From a virus (lineage: Duplodnaviria; Caudoviricetes), in the IMG/VR virus record IMGVR_UViG_3300049203_000265, positions 1 through 58,867 of that record: a DNA stretch of 58,867 nucleotides; one strand, given 5' to 3'. Both the position numbers and the translations under genes were made by a program. The notes beneath the pieces are model-generated. The model saw nothing but the letters and a program-made list of their open reading frames with translations. It searched no databases and was not told the origin of the DNA. Shown one piece after another: positions 45,790-53,957 of the stretch. The number at the start of each line of letters is the position of its first letter. Positions within the stretch are counted from its first letter, which is position 1.

Positions 45790-46537
45790 CAGGCAGCAAG
45801 AGTAGCCTCCCACTCTTTGTTCGGGGCCGGTCCGTACGGACACCATCCGGGCGCTAAACGAAGGCCGTTGACGAGACGTAAACTCGCCTAGACCTGGGCA
45901 TGTCGACAAAACTGCCCACTTATCTGTTTCGGCCGGAGAGGGGGAGGCGATGGCCCCCGTAAAGGTAAATCGAGGTGTTGCTGCGGCTTGCTGCATTTGT
46001 CGCACCGAACAGGCGCTCGGGCCGAAACAGATAAGTTGCAAGGCCAGTTAAGGTCGCGTTCGTTCCATGTCGCGGCAGTGACGCAGGCCCCAATCGGCGG
46101 CAGATCGTGATGAGAGTTGTCCCGGGCGCATCTCCAATGTGCCGCCAGCCCGGACGGACGTTTGTAGTTGGCTTCAGGCATCAAGTCTCGACAAAGCGGC
46201 AATTCGGCGGAATTAATGCCGTGAAAACGAGAGCCCCCGCCGGGGAAGCATAGGGCGATTTGAGGACGAGCCGGGTTTACTGGTCAACTCTTAAAGTTCC
46301 GAAGAGGGCGGCAGCCCCTGGCGCCTGAGGTTAACTACAAGGGTCCGGAGCGACGGCCGACCGCGGGATGTGAAGCCCTCGCGGAGAGCCGCCGGGCTCT
46401 TGACGAGTTCTGTGGGCCGCTCTAGCTCAGAAAGCTCAGCCGAATTCTAGACAAGGCCGAGTGCGGTAGAGCCCCGGGCTAATAACCCGGTACGTGCGGA
46501 GAGATGGGCCTCCTCCGGAGCGGCCCACAGAGCTTAT
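45790..46537 (+). ncRNA. large structured non-coding RNA (unassigned family)
   Basis: ~760 nt gap in a gene-dense region; three 17-18 bp helices, two with G-U pairs valid only on the + strand. Confidence 0.7.
46414..46527 (+). ncRNA. aberrant tRNA-like cloverleaf, anticodon AAU
   Basis: TAGCTCAG...GGTAGAGC D arm; CCGGG-CTAATAA-CCCGG anticodon arm; no TTC loop. Confidence 0.55.
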
Positions 46538-46549
46538 CGGAGGTCTGTC

Positions 46550-46981
46550 ATGATCAGTCGCAGAGGCCTGCTGGCCGGGTTCGCCGCGAGCGCGGCTGGC
46601 GTTCTGGTGCCGCAAGCGCCGGCCATCGTGCGCAGCACATCGCTCATGCCGGTGCGGCCGCTCGAGGACTTTCTCGTGTACTCCGTCAGCTACCGACATG
46701 TTGGAGTGTTCGGAGACACGTTCGTCGCCCGGGCCTGGTGGCATGCGGCCACCAAACGGTGGTACCAGCCCGTCGCCGAACACGAGTACGACCGTGACAG
46801 ACCCAGCGGGATGTGGATGCGCCGGAACGGCACGTACTTCGCCAGTGACGTCGACGGCTCCGGCGATGGCTGGGAACAGCGCCGCGTCGAAGTGCCGGTG
46901 CTTCGCACCATGGAGCTCTGTGAAGTGAAATTCGGGTCCAGAGGATCCATCGAGATGGTGACAAAGGAGATAGATTTGTGA
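46550..46981 (+). CDS. hypothetical protein with twin-arginine-like N-terminus
   Basis: MISRRGLLAGFAA; GGAGG RBS. Confidence 0.6.
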   Translation: MISRRGLLAGFAASAAGVLVPQAPAIVRSTSLMPVRPLEDFLVYSVSYRHVGVFGDTFVARAWWHAATKRWYQPVAEHEYDRDRPSGMWMRRNGTYFASDVDGSGDGWEQRRVEVPVLRTMELCEVKFGSRGSIEMVTKEIDL

Positions 46982-47505
46982 GAGATCTGATGCTGGACCT
47001 GGAGACGATGGGCGTCCGCCCGACGTCGGCCATCGTGTCGATCGGGGCCGTCATGTTCGACGAGAACGGCCTCGGCTCGGAGTTTTACACCCCGGTCAGT
47101 CTGCAGTCGTGCGTGCGCTTCGGGCTCACCACCGACGCGGACACCGTGAAGTGGTGGGAGACGCAGCCGGAGCTCGTGCGCAACGCGTGGGCGGACGAGC
47201 ACGCTCCCCTCATGGACGTCGCGCTCAAGGCCTTCAACGACTGGTGCGTCAAGAACGGCGTGCAGCGGGTCTGGGGCAACGGCGCCGACTTCGACCCGCC
47301 GATCATCGTCAACGCCTTTCGCGCTCTCGACGCCGAGGCGCCGTGGCCGTGGCACGGGCACCGCTGCTACCGCACGGTGAGGAACATGTTCGACGACCCG
47401 CAGACGCCGCGGACAGGCACGCTCCACCACGCCCTGGACGATGCCAAGTACCAGGCACAGAACCTGCTGGCCATCATGTCGATGAACCGGCTGCACCTCG
47501 GCTAA
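46978..47505 (+). CDS. DEDDh 3'-5' exonuclease/exoribonuclease
   Basis: MLDLETMG, WGNGADFD, H.ALDDAKYQA. Confidence 0.88.
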   Translation: MRDLMLDLETMGVRPTSAIVSIGAVMFDENGLGSEFYTPVSLQSCVRFGLTTDADTVKWWETQPELVRNAWADEHAPLMDVALKAFNDWCVKNGVQRVWGNGADFDPPIIVNAFRALDAEAPWPWHGHRCYRTVRNMFDDPQTPRTGTLHHALDDAKYQAQNLLAIMSMNRLHLG

Positions 47506-47514
47506 GGAGTCCGT

Positions 47515-47736
47515 ATGGCAAAGTTCGCGATGTACCTGGTGAACCTCGGAGAGGGCACTGTCCACGGCTGCAACGACACGGAGCGCATCGGAGCCGTCAT
47601 CGAGGCGGACGAGGACTACGATTCCGACAACTTCCTGATCATCCACGCCACCAACGGCCAGGTACAGCAGTGGCACCTGCCCGCCAACGAGATCGCCGAA
47701 TTGCCGGACCCCGACGAGGCCGCCGACTCCGAATAG
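47515..47736 (+). CDS. small acidic protein
   Basis: AAGGAG RBS; Asp/Glu-rich. Confidence 0.65.
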   Translation: MAKFAMYLVNLGEGTVHGCNDTERIGAVIEADEDYDSDNFLIIHATNGQVQQWHLPANEIAELPDPDEAADSE

Positions 47737-47766
47737 CCCGCCGAGAACGAGGACGATGATTGATTT

Positions 47767-47807
47767 GATCGAAACGGTGTACAGGGAGCACCGGGACGGC
47801 GTACAAT
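47767..47807 (+). promoter_or_regulatory. promoter GATCGAA-N4-TGTACA-N18-TACAAT
   Basis: Repeated motif. Confidence 0.75.
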
Positions 47808-47814
47808 AGTCGAC

Positions 47815-48021
47815 ATGCACATACAGCTAAAGCACGCGGTCAACGTGCGCAGCTCCACGGGGCGGCTCCACATCGTCCTGCGGGGCAAGCAGGTCAACTA
47901 CTCCCGCAAGCGGCTGGACGAGCACCACGTCGAGCACAGATTCAGCGTGGCGCTCCCGAACGGGCAGTTCCTCGAGCACAAGCAGGTGAGCGTGAAGGGC
48001 GCGGTGCCGTCGTGGCTGTGA
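47815..48021 (+). CDS. small basic hypothetical protein
   Basis: Directly after a promoter. Confidence 0.6.
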   Translation: MHIQLKHAVNVRSSTGRLHIVLRGKQVNYSRKRLDEHHVEHRFSVALPNGQFLEHKQVSVKGAVPSWL

Positions 48022-48359
48022 TCCGGAGCGACTATCTGCGGAACGCGATGGCCGCGCCGGCCGCCAACCACCTGGCTGTGTTCGGCCTCCAGTCGATACT
48101 CCGGTTCCACTGGCGGCGGATGGAGGATGACCTCGCTGCACTGGAGCACGCGGGGCACAGGTTCACTGTCCGACCGATGGCCCGCCTGGTGTTCGCCGAG
48201 GGTGGGATGCTGTGGTTCGCCGTGGCGAGCCACGTGAGGGACATCTACAAGTTCCAGGGCATCGAACTTGCCGATTTCTGGATAGACGTGTCCGTGCCTT
48301 ACCCTGTGCACGGTCCGCTAAAGTCGGTTCTACAGGGTCGAATCCGTCATCAGATATGA
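48018..48359 (+). CDS. hypothetical protein
   Basis: GTGA overlap. Confidence 0.5.
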   Translation: MIRSDYLRNAMAAPAANHLAVFGLQSILRFHWRRMEDDLAALEHAGHRFTVRPMARLVFAEGGMLWFAVASHVRDIYKFQGIELADFWIDVSVPYPVHGPLKSVLQGRIRHQI

Positions 48360-48955
48360 GCGAGGAAACCATGAGCAATCCGTTCGCGGCGTACGTGGGA
48401 AATTACTGGCCGAGGCGCCTGGAGTCGGACTACGACCACGACCGCCGTCAGCGGCAGAAGCTGTTCAACCACGTGGTCACGCGCGGAGGGGCCGACCGCC
48501 TCGACCCCGCGCTCTTCGTCCACCGCTACGGCAGCAGCCCCGCGCTCTACCCGAAGCCCAACGGCGGCAAGCGCACGCTCCCGTCCGTGTACGTGCAATT
48601 GCGGGCCGGTACGTGGCTCAACGCCGTCGGCGAGTACCTCGACGTGGTGGGGATGAACCCTGGCCACATCGAAAACTGCTGCAAGCTCCTGAACGAGTCG
48701 CACGGCAACGTGGTGGCCAAGTGCACCGAGCTGCTCGGCCGGATGGCCAACCACTTCGCGAACCAACCCGACATCGTCGAGCGATTGGAGGCCGTCTGCC
48801 GCCGGATGCAGGAGGTGGACGTGTCGGAGATGTACCCGATCATGGAGGACCTCCGCGCCGAGCTGCACGACCGGCCGGCGTCGCCGAGGACGACGGTGGA
48901 CCCGGAGAACCTCCGGGACACGCTCGATCTCTGGAACGACGACGAACCGTACTAA
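48356..48955 (+). CDS. hypothetical protein
   Basis: ATGA overlap (alternative start 48371); codon usage. Confidence 0.65.
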   Translation: MSEETMSNPFAAYVGNYWPRRLESDYDHDRRQRQKLFNHVVTRGGADRLDPALFVHRYGSSPALYPKPNGGKRTLPSVYVQLRAGTWLNAVGEYLDVVGMNPGHIENCCKLLNESHGNVVAKCTELLGRMANHFANQPDIVERLEAVCRRMQEVDVSEMYPIMEDLRAELHDRPASPRTTVDPENLRDTLDLWNDDEPY

Positions 48956-48970
48956 AGTAGCACACTGGAG

Positions 48971-49053
48971 GCGCTCTCCGGGACGATACGGGGTATATCC
49001 GGGACTCCCGGACGCCGTTCTAGTAGTTATACATAGGAGCCGGCTCCCGGACG
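48971..49053 (+). repeat. dispersed ~82 bp TCCNGGA element, copy 2
   Basis: Aligns with 28719-28800. Confidence 0.85.
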
Positions 49054-49059
49054 ACGAAC

Positions 49060-49296
49060 ATGTACAAGGTGTTTTGTGACATTTGTGGAACAGAGATTAC
49101 CGGCTACAGCCGCATGACCCGTTCTGGCAACGGTCGGTTGATGGTCGAGAGGCAGGCGGCGCACGGGTCCGGCCACAACTACTTCCGGTTCGAGGTGATG
49201 GTCGGTACGGACGGAGTCGCCAACCAGGGCGACTTCTGCAAATACTGCATCATCGATTCGATCAACTGCGCCGACGACCGTGCTAGGGCAGCATGA
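49060..49296 (+). CDS. zinc-ribbon protein
   Basis: CDIC...DFCKYC. Confidence 0.65.
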   Translation: MYKVFCDICGTEITGYSRMTRSGNGRLMVERQAAHGSGHNYFRFEVMVGTDGVANQGDFCKYCIIDSINCADDRARAA

Positions 49297-49613
49297 GCAA
49301 GCTCGTGAACCTCTTCGAACCATTCACGCCGGTGCAGGAGATTTCGACCGGCACGGTGTTCCTCGGAGCGGCCAACCGCCCGTGGCAAGAGCCGCCGAAC
49401 TTCGACCCGCAGAGCCAGCCCGACCCTGTGGCCGGCGACCTGTGCTGGTACTTCCTGAAGGACAGCGACTCTCCGTGGCCGCGCCTCGCGCACCGCCCGG
49501 TGAGGGTGTACGACGTCAGGCCGGATTGGGTACTGGAGGCGTACGAGGGCAACACCCCGGACGCAACGAAGATGGCCACGTTCAAGCGGCTCTACCGGAG
49601 GGTTACGTCATGA
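49293..49613 (+). CDS. hypothetical protein
   Basis: ATGA overlaps at both ends. Confidence 0.6.
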   Translation: MSKLVNLFEPFTPVQEISTGTVFLGAANRPWQEPPNFDPQSQPDPVAGDLCWYFLKDSDSPWPRLAHRPVRVYDVRPDWVLEAYEGNTPDATKMATFKRLYRRVTS

Positions 49614-50023
49614 GCCCGTACCAGCTCTGTCAGGAGCTCGCCGTTCAGCACGAGCCCAAACTGTGGCGACTGATCACGGCCTGCGCACTGCTCAACAAGA
49701 CGAGCGGCAATCAGGTCCGCCCGATGATCGAGCGGTTCTGGGAGCTGTGCGGCGAGCCGGCGAAGTGCATCCACAACGTGCGCACCGCGGAGGTAGCGAC
49801 CCTGCTACAGCCTCTTGGCCTGTACACGCGACGGGCATCGCTCCTCGCGCGGATGGCGGACGACTACCTGTCCGGAATACCACTCGAGCGCACCGCCGGC
49901 GTGGGCAAGTACGCCCTCGACTCGGTGAAGGTCTTTATCGAGGGTCACTCCGACGTGGTCACCGACGACCCGTGGATCAGCAAGTATTTGGAGTGGCGCA
50001 GGTCGCCGGAGTGCACGGAGTGA
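49610..50023 (+). CDS. MBD4-like HhH-GPD DNA glycosylase
   Basis: W.LI.AC.LLNKTSG, LLQPLGLYTRRA, GVGKYALDS..F, TDD..ISKYLEW match the MBD4 glycosylase domain. Confidence 0.8.
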   Translation: MSPYQLCQELAVQHEPKLWRLITACALLNKTSGNQVRPMIERFWELCGEPAKCIHNVRTAEVATLLQPLGLYTRRASLLARMADDYLSGIPLERTAGVGKYALDSVKVFIEGHSDVVTDDPWISKYLEWRRSPECTE

Positions 50024-50241
50024 ACACATTCTTCGTCAAGATCAAGGGCCGCAAGGAGTACGTCCGTGACGACGAGGTCCGCCACGACTGGGAAGCCGGC
50101 GTGGAGTTCAAGTCGCACCTCACCGACGAGCCGGTCACAGTGAAGGACGAGCTGCGCATGCGCATGGCCGGCTTCACGGAGCTGTGGATCGTGTGGTGGG
50201 ACGGCGAGCGGGTCCGCCACGTCAAGAAGGAACTGAAATGA
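50020..50241 (+). CDS. hypothetical protein
   Basis: GTGA overlap; codon usage. Confidence 0.6.
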   Translation: MNTFFVKIKGRKEYVRDDEVRHDWEAGVEFKSHLTDEPVTVKDELRMRMAGFTELWIVWWDGERVRHVKKELK

Positions 50242-50459
50242 GCGATCCCGCGATCGACTGGGAACCTCTCCAGAAGTATAAGAAGGACACGGTCGAGTGT
50301 CACTGCGGCACCGTCTACATGTCCCACAGCAAGGGCGTGATCCACGAAAAACAGTTCGCGGTCTACACGCAAGAGCCCTGCCCCAAGTGCGGCAGTTACA
50401 TCAACCCACGACGGGTCTCCAGCCTCGTAGAGCCATGGGACATTCCAGCAAAGAGATGA
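50238..50459 (+). CDS. zinc-ribbon protein
   Basis: CHCG...CPKCG. Confidence 0.65.
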   Translation: MSDPAIDWEPLQKYKKDTVECHCGTVYMSHSKGVIHEKQFAVYTQEPCPKCGSYINPRRVSSLVEPWDIPAKR

Positions 50460-50659
50460 GCACCTACGGCGACGACTTCGTGTCGTCCATGAAGCACGCG
50501 GCCAACGAGCGCCACGCCCGAGCCATCTACGGCCGCCTCATGATGAGGATCTGGTCAGTGGCCCACATCGGGTGGCCCAAACTCCTGTCGTCGTGGAACG
50601 ACGACGTCGAGCGGGTCGAGCGCGTGGCGAAGGAGCGGGGATTCGACCTGTCCAGGTGA
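50456..50659 (+). CDS. hypothetical protein
   Basis: ATGA overlap. Confidence 0.55.
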   Translation: MSTYGDDFVSSMKHAANERHARAIYGRLMMRIWSVAHIGWPKLLSSWNDDVERVERVAKERGFDLSR

Positions 50660-50841
50660 CCGATGCCGCATCCCGATCCGAAGTGTGCGGGGTGCGGCCG
50701 GCGCCCCAGCACGTGCACCTGTCTCGGCGGGCCGTCGTACAGCATATCCGGCTACGTGTGGACCTGCCGGAGTGACCCTCGCATCAGGGCCTGGGTCGCG
50801 ACCGATCCCCCGGGCCTCCGACAGCGGGTTAGATTATCCGC

Positions 50842-50882
50842 GATCAAACTGTTGTACAAGGAGAGCATGGGCGGCGTAAGAT
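50842..50882 (+). promoter_or_regulatory. promoter GATCAAA-N4-TGTACA-N18-TAAGAT
   Basis: Repeated motif. Confidence 0.7.
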
Positions 50883-50920
50883 ACTACTATCGCGATAACA
50901 CTTGATCGGAGGTAACCGCG

Positions 50921-51217
50921 ATGAAAGTAGCCAACCGGACCGTCGTGATCCCACCCCAACTGGACGGCGACGGAAGGGCCGCCGTGCCCGTCACCCTCGA
51001 ACGGGAGTGCGTGCTCTACGGCACGCGCCCCGTGCCCAACCTGCGGTACGGGCACGTGAGAAACTGCATCGAGCGCTTCGTCGAGACGCGCCGCTCAGTC
51101 CACAGTCAACTCGGCGGCATGCTGTGGATCGTGCTGTGGTTCTGCCAGCTCAACAAGCTGCGCTACACCATGATGGCGGACCCGAACCACGGGTACGTCG
51201 TGGAGCTGCTGCCGTGA
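50921..51217 (+). CDS. hypothetical protein
   Basis: GGAGGT RBS after a promoter. Confidence 0.7.
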   Translation: MKVANRTVVIPPQLDGDGRAAVPVTLERECVLYGTRPVPNLRYGHVRNCIERFVETRRSVHSQLGGMLWIVLWFCQLNKLRYTMMADPNHGYVVELLP

Positions 51218-51495
51218 GGGCCCGCCGCAAGTCGGCTCCCGTCACGGCGGAGCGCCCCTTCGAGACCGACTACGCCGGAGCCTGGCACGGCCGGTGCAAG
51301 TCGCGCGAGTCCGCCGTGAACGCGGCATCCAAGCACATCCAGAGCGACGGCTACGCGAAGTGCACGGTCACCGACCTGCGCACGAACTACATCGTCGCCG
51401 AGGTGTTCCGCGAAGGTCAGTACGGGTTCCGCGTCAAGTTGTACGGGACGCCGCTCATGCCAGTCCGCCGCCCGAACCTGCGGAGAGTCAAGTGA
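51214..51495 (+). CDS. hypothetical protein
   Basis: GTGA overlap. Confidence 0.6.
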   Translation: MRARRKSAPVTAERPFETDYAGAWHGRCKSRESAVNAASKHIQSDGYAKCTVTDLRTNYIVAEVFREGQYGFRVKLYGTPLMPVRRPNLRRVK

Positions 51496-51659
51496 GAGCC
51501 GCTCTCATCGTCGCCCTCCTCCTGGCCGCCTGCGGCGGAGGAGATCCCTGCGCCGACGGGTACGAGTGGGCCGAGTCGCTCGGGCAGTGCGTGCGCTGCC
51601 CGCCCGGGTTTCACTGGAACGATCGCGCTGGCAAGTGCCAGGGAGGTGCGGTGTCATGA
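51492..51659 (+). CDS. small Cys-rich lipoprotein
   Basis: MRAALIVALLLAA-C lipobox; two C..G..W.....C units. Confidence 0.65.
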   Translation: MRAALIVALLLAACGGGDPCADGYEWAESLGQCVRCPPGFHWNDRAGKCQGGAVS

Positions 51660-51919
51660 GCTTCTTCTGGGTCCAATTCTCCGGACCGTCCGACGTCGCG
51701 TCCAGAATCCACGACGGCTGCACCGTCCGGGCCAAGGACAAGGACGAAGCCGTGGTGGTCGCCACGCAGGAGACCGGCAAAGTCGTCGTGAGGGCCGACT
51801 TTCTGCCGTACCCGGCGCACCCCTACATCAGGAGCGACGGCCACCCGACGTTCTGCCACGACCCGGAGCGGTGCCGCGGCCGGACCAGTTGCCCGAAGTC
51901 GTACGCCTGCTCGGAGTAG
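51656..51919 (+). CDS. hypothetical protein, Cys-rich C-terminus
   Basis: GGAGG RBS; LPYPA...FC..P..C.GR.SCP..C. Confidence 0.65.
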   Translation: MSFFWVQFSGPSDVASRIHDGCTVRAKDKDEAVVVATQETGKVVVRADFLPYPAHPYIRSDGHPTFCHDPERCRGRTSCPKSYACSE

Positions 51920-51923
51920 CGAA

Positions 51924-52529
51924 GTGAAAGTCATCGAGGCCATCCAGAACATCGCCGCCGTCAAGGGCGTGCGCTACGCCCGCAACTGTGCGGTCGTGGC
52001 GAGCGCCCTCGACCTCATCCTCCAGATGGAGACGGCCCTCAGACAGGGGCAGAAGCTCGAGCCGGACACGCCCGCCGAGACGAACCTCATCCTGTCCCGT
52101 AACATGACGACGGTCAACCTTCTGAAGGCGCTCGGCGTCGACCTCGCCGACGTGAACACGATCATACAGATCGCCGAGGCTGACGGCTCGGAGGTCAACC
52201 GGGCCATGTCGGAGGACGGCCTCGTCGGCCTCGGCCGCGTGCTGACCAAGTGGTCGCGCGAGATGAACCGCCCTGAGACCGAGGTCCAGCCCGACCTCAT
52301 GGGGTTCAGCGCCGAGGGCCGGGTCATGCGCCTCGTCCGCCGCGGAGTGCTCCTCAAGATGCACGACGTGGTCAGCACGGCGGACGGTACTCGAGAGGTG
52401 GTGGGCGGTTCCCCCGGGACAGACTCCGTCCTGCTGTACCGACCGGGCGGCGTGACCACCGAGCATCGCACATCGCACATCGAGGCCCAGTGGCTCGAGG
52501 TGCAACCCGACAACAACCCGTCTTTCTGA
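51924..52529 (+). CDS. hypothetical protein
   Basis: GGAG RBS; codon usage. Confidence 0.65.
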   Translation: MKVIEAIQNIAAVKGVRYARNCAVVASALDLILQMETALRQGQKLEPDTPAETNLILSRNMTTVNLLKALGVDLADVNTIIQIAEADGSEVNRAMSEDGLVGLGRVLTKWSREMNRPETEVQPDLMGFSAEGRVMRLVRRGVLLKMHDVVSTADGTREVVGGSPGTDSVLLYRPGGVTTEHRTSHIEAQWLEVQPDNNPSF

Positions 52530-52542
52530 CAAGGAGCTTCAC

Positions 52543-53169
52543 ATGGGAACCGACATTCACGCAGTATTTCAGGCCCGCACGCCGACCGGGTGGAAGGACG
52601 TGCCCTCCAAGTACCGAGAGGAGCGGCACTACCAGCTCTTCGCGGTGTTGGCCGACGTGCGCAACGGCCGCGGCTTCGCCGGCATCCCGACGGGCGAGGT
52701 TGTGACCCCGATCGCCGAGCCGAGGGGGCTCCCCGACGACTTCGAGATGTCGGCCGACTGCCACCCCGTGGCGACGCTCGAGTTGCTCGGCCGCCGAGCC
52801 GAGTGGCACGAGCCGAACGAGCCTCTCGAGGTATGGATGGGCGACCACTCGTACAGCTGGCTCACGGCCGACGAGATTCTCGCATGGTCACCGCCCCGGG
52901 TGCTGAAGACAGGTATCATCGACCGCAAGGACTACGAGACGTGGGACCACAAGACGCCGCCGTCCAGTTACTGCGGTGGGATCAGCGGACCCAACGTCGT
53001 CGTAGTCAGGGACAACAAGCGAGAGCTCGAGACCAATCCGAAGTGGACGCACGTCCGCGTCGAGTGGGAGGCTGACCTCAGGGAAGAGCTTTCGTACTTC
53101 ATCGAAGAGATAGCGAGGCTGCGGGCCGAGCACGGCGACGTGCGGATGGTCTTCGGGTTCGACAGCTGA
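52543..53169 (+). CDS. conserved phage hypothetical protein
   Basis: MGTDIH...LFAVLADVRNG...PRGLP...DHSYSWLT..E...VRMVFGFDS. Confidence 0.75.
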   Translation: MGTDIHAVFQARTPTGWKDVPSKYREERHYQLFAVLADVRNGRGFAGIPTGEVVTPIAEPRGLPDDFEMSADCHPVATLELLGRRAEWHEPNEPLEVWMGDHSYSWLTADEILAWSPPRVLKTGIIDRKDYETWDHKTPPSSYCGGISGPNVVVVRDNKRELETNPKWTHVRVEWEADLREELSYFIEEIARLRAEHGDVRMVFGFDS

Positions 53170-53422
53170 CGTGGCCGACGACTGGTACAAGCCCGTGGCG
53201 TGCGTGGCAGCCGGAGTTGCCGCCGGCGCGCTCGCGTGGCTGCTCGGGGCGGACGCCGTTACGTCCGTCGTGCTGGGAACGGTCGTCTTCGCGGGCTTTG
53301 CAATATTTTCCTCCTAAAAGGAGTAACAAAGTTACACCTCGTCACGGATCCTATTCGGAATCAGGTGGCAGGGGTGGCCAGGGGGCAGTACAATATCGTT
53401 ACGATCAACTCGGAGTTAGCAC

Positions 53423-53860
53423 ATGACGGGGACACCTGAACTGACGGGACTGGCCAAACTGGAGCAGATGGAGGCTCCGGAGCGGGTCCGGAAGGCCGCG
53501 ATCAAGTCGGCCGAGGCGATGGCCGCGGCGCTCGACCTGGGCAACCGGGTCGCCGAGATGGAGGCGAGGTTCGAAAAGTTCGTCCTGGAGGAGCACCTGC
53601 CGCTACTCGACCGCCTCGACGCCATCGAGCGGCGCCTGATGGCCCGCAACAAGTCCAGCTCCACCAAGCGGGACATGACGGACGACGACGCCAAGGAGGT
53701 GCTGATCGGCGCCTACAAGGACATGTCGCACAAGACGGCCGAGGGCGCGTCGAACCTCACCTACGCGCAGGTCTACTCGTGTCGGCTGGAGTACACCTTC
53801 AAGCACGTACACAAGGAACTGAGACAGGCCGGCTGGAAGAACCCGTGGGCTAAGAAATAG
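53423..53860 (+). CDS. coiled-coil + HTH-like protein, paralog of 668..982
   Basis: RDMTDDDA...TYAQVYSCRLEYTFKHVHKE...KNPWAK. Confidence 0.75.
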   Translation: MTGTPELTGLAKLEQMEAPERVRKAAIKSAEAMAAALDLGNRVAEMEARFEKFVLEEHLPLLDRLDAIERRLMARNKSSSTKRDMTDDDAKEVLIGAYKDMSHKTAEGASNLTYAQVYSCRLEYTFKHVHKELRQAGWKNPWAKK

Positions 53861-53869
53861 ATAGTCCTC

Positions 53870-53909
53870 GATCAAATGTGTGTACATCCGCGTCCGGGAG
53901 CAGTACAAT
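53870..53909 (+). promoter_or_regulatory. promoter GATCAAA-N4-TGTACA-N17-TACAAT
   Basis: Repeated motif. Confidence 0.75.
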
Positions 53910-53957
53910 AGCTCTAGGCGCGCGGATGTCGCGCGTCGCACATCGGAGTGCGAACCA

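Noticed and set aside
45822-46100. tmRNA (GGGGCCG start, pk1-like knot, ATAAGTTGCA resembling a resume site)
   Set aside because: No tag ORF ending in a hydrophobic-Ala-Ala stop and no GGTTCGA T-arm/CCA 3' end; kept only as part of the unassigned ncRNA
46100-46145. Hammerhead ribozyme core (TGATGAG...CTC)
   Set aside because: Has GTGATGA instead of CTGATGA and CAAT instead of GAAA; catalytic core absent
46414-46527. Canonical functional tRNA-Ile gene
   Set aside because: Lacks the TTC loop and has an oversized D-loop; reported as tRNA-like only
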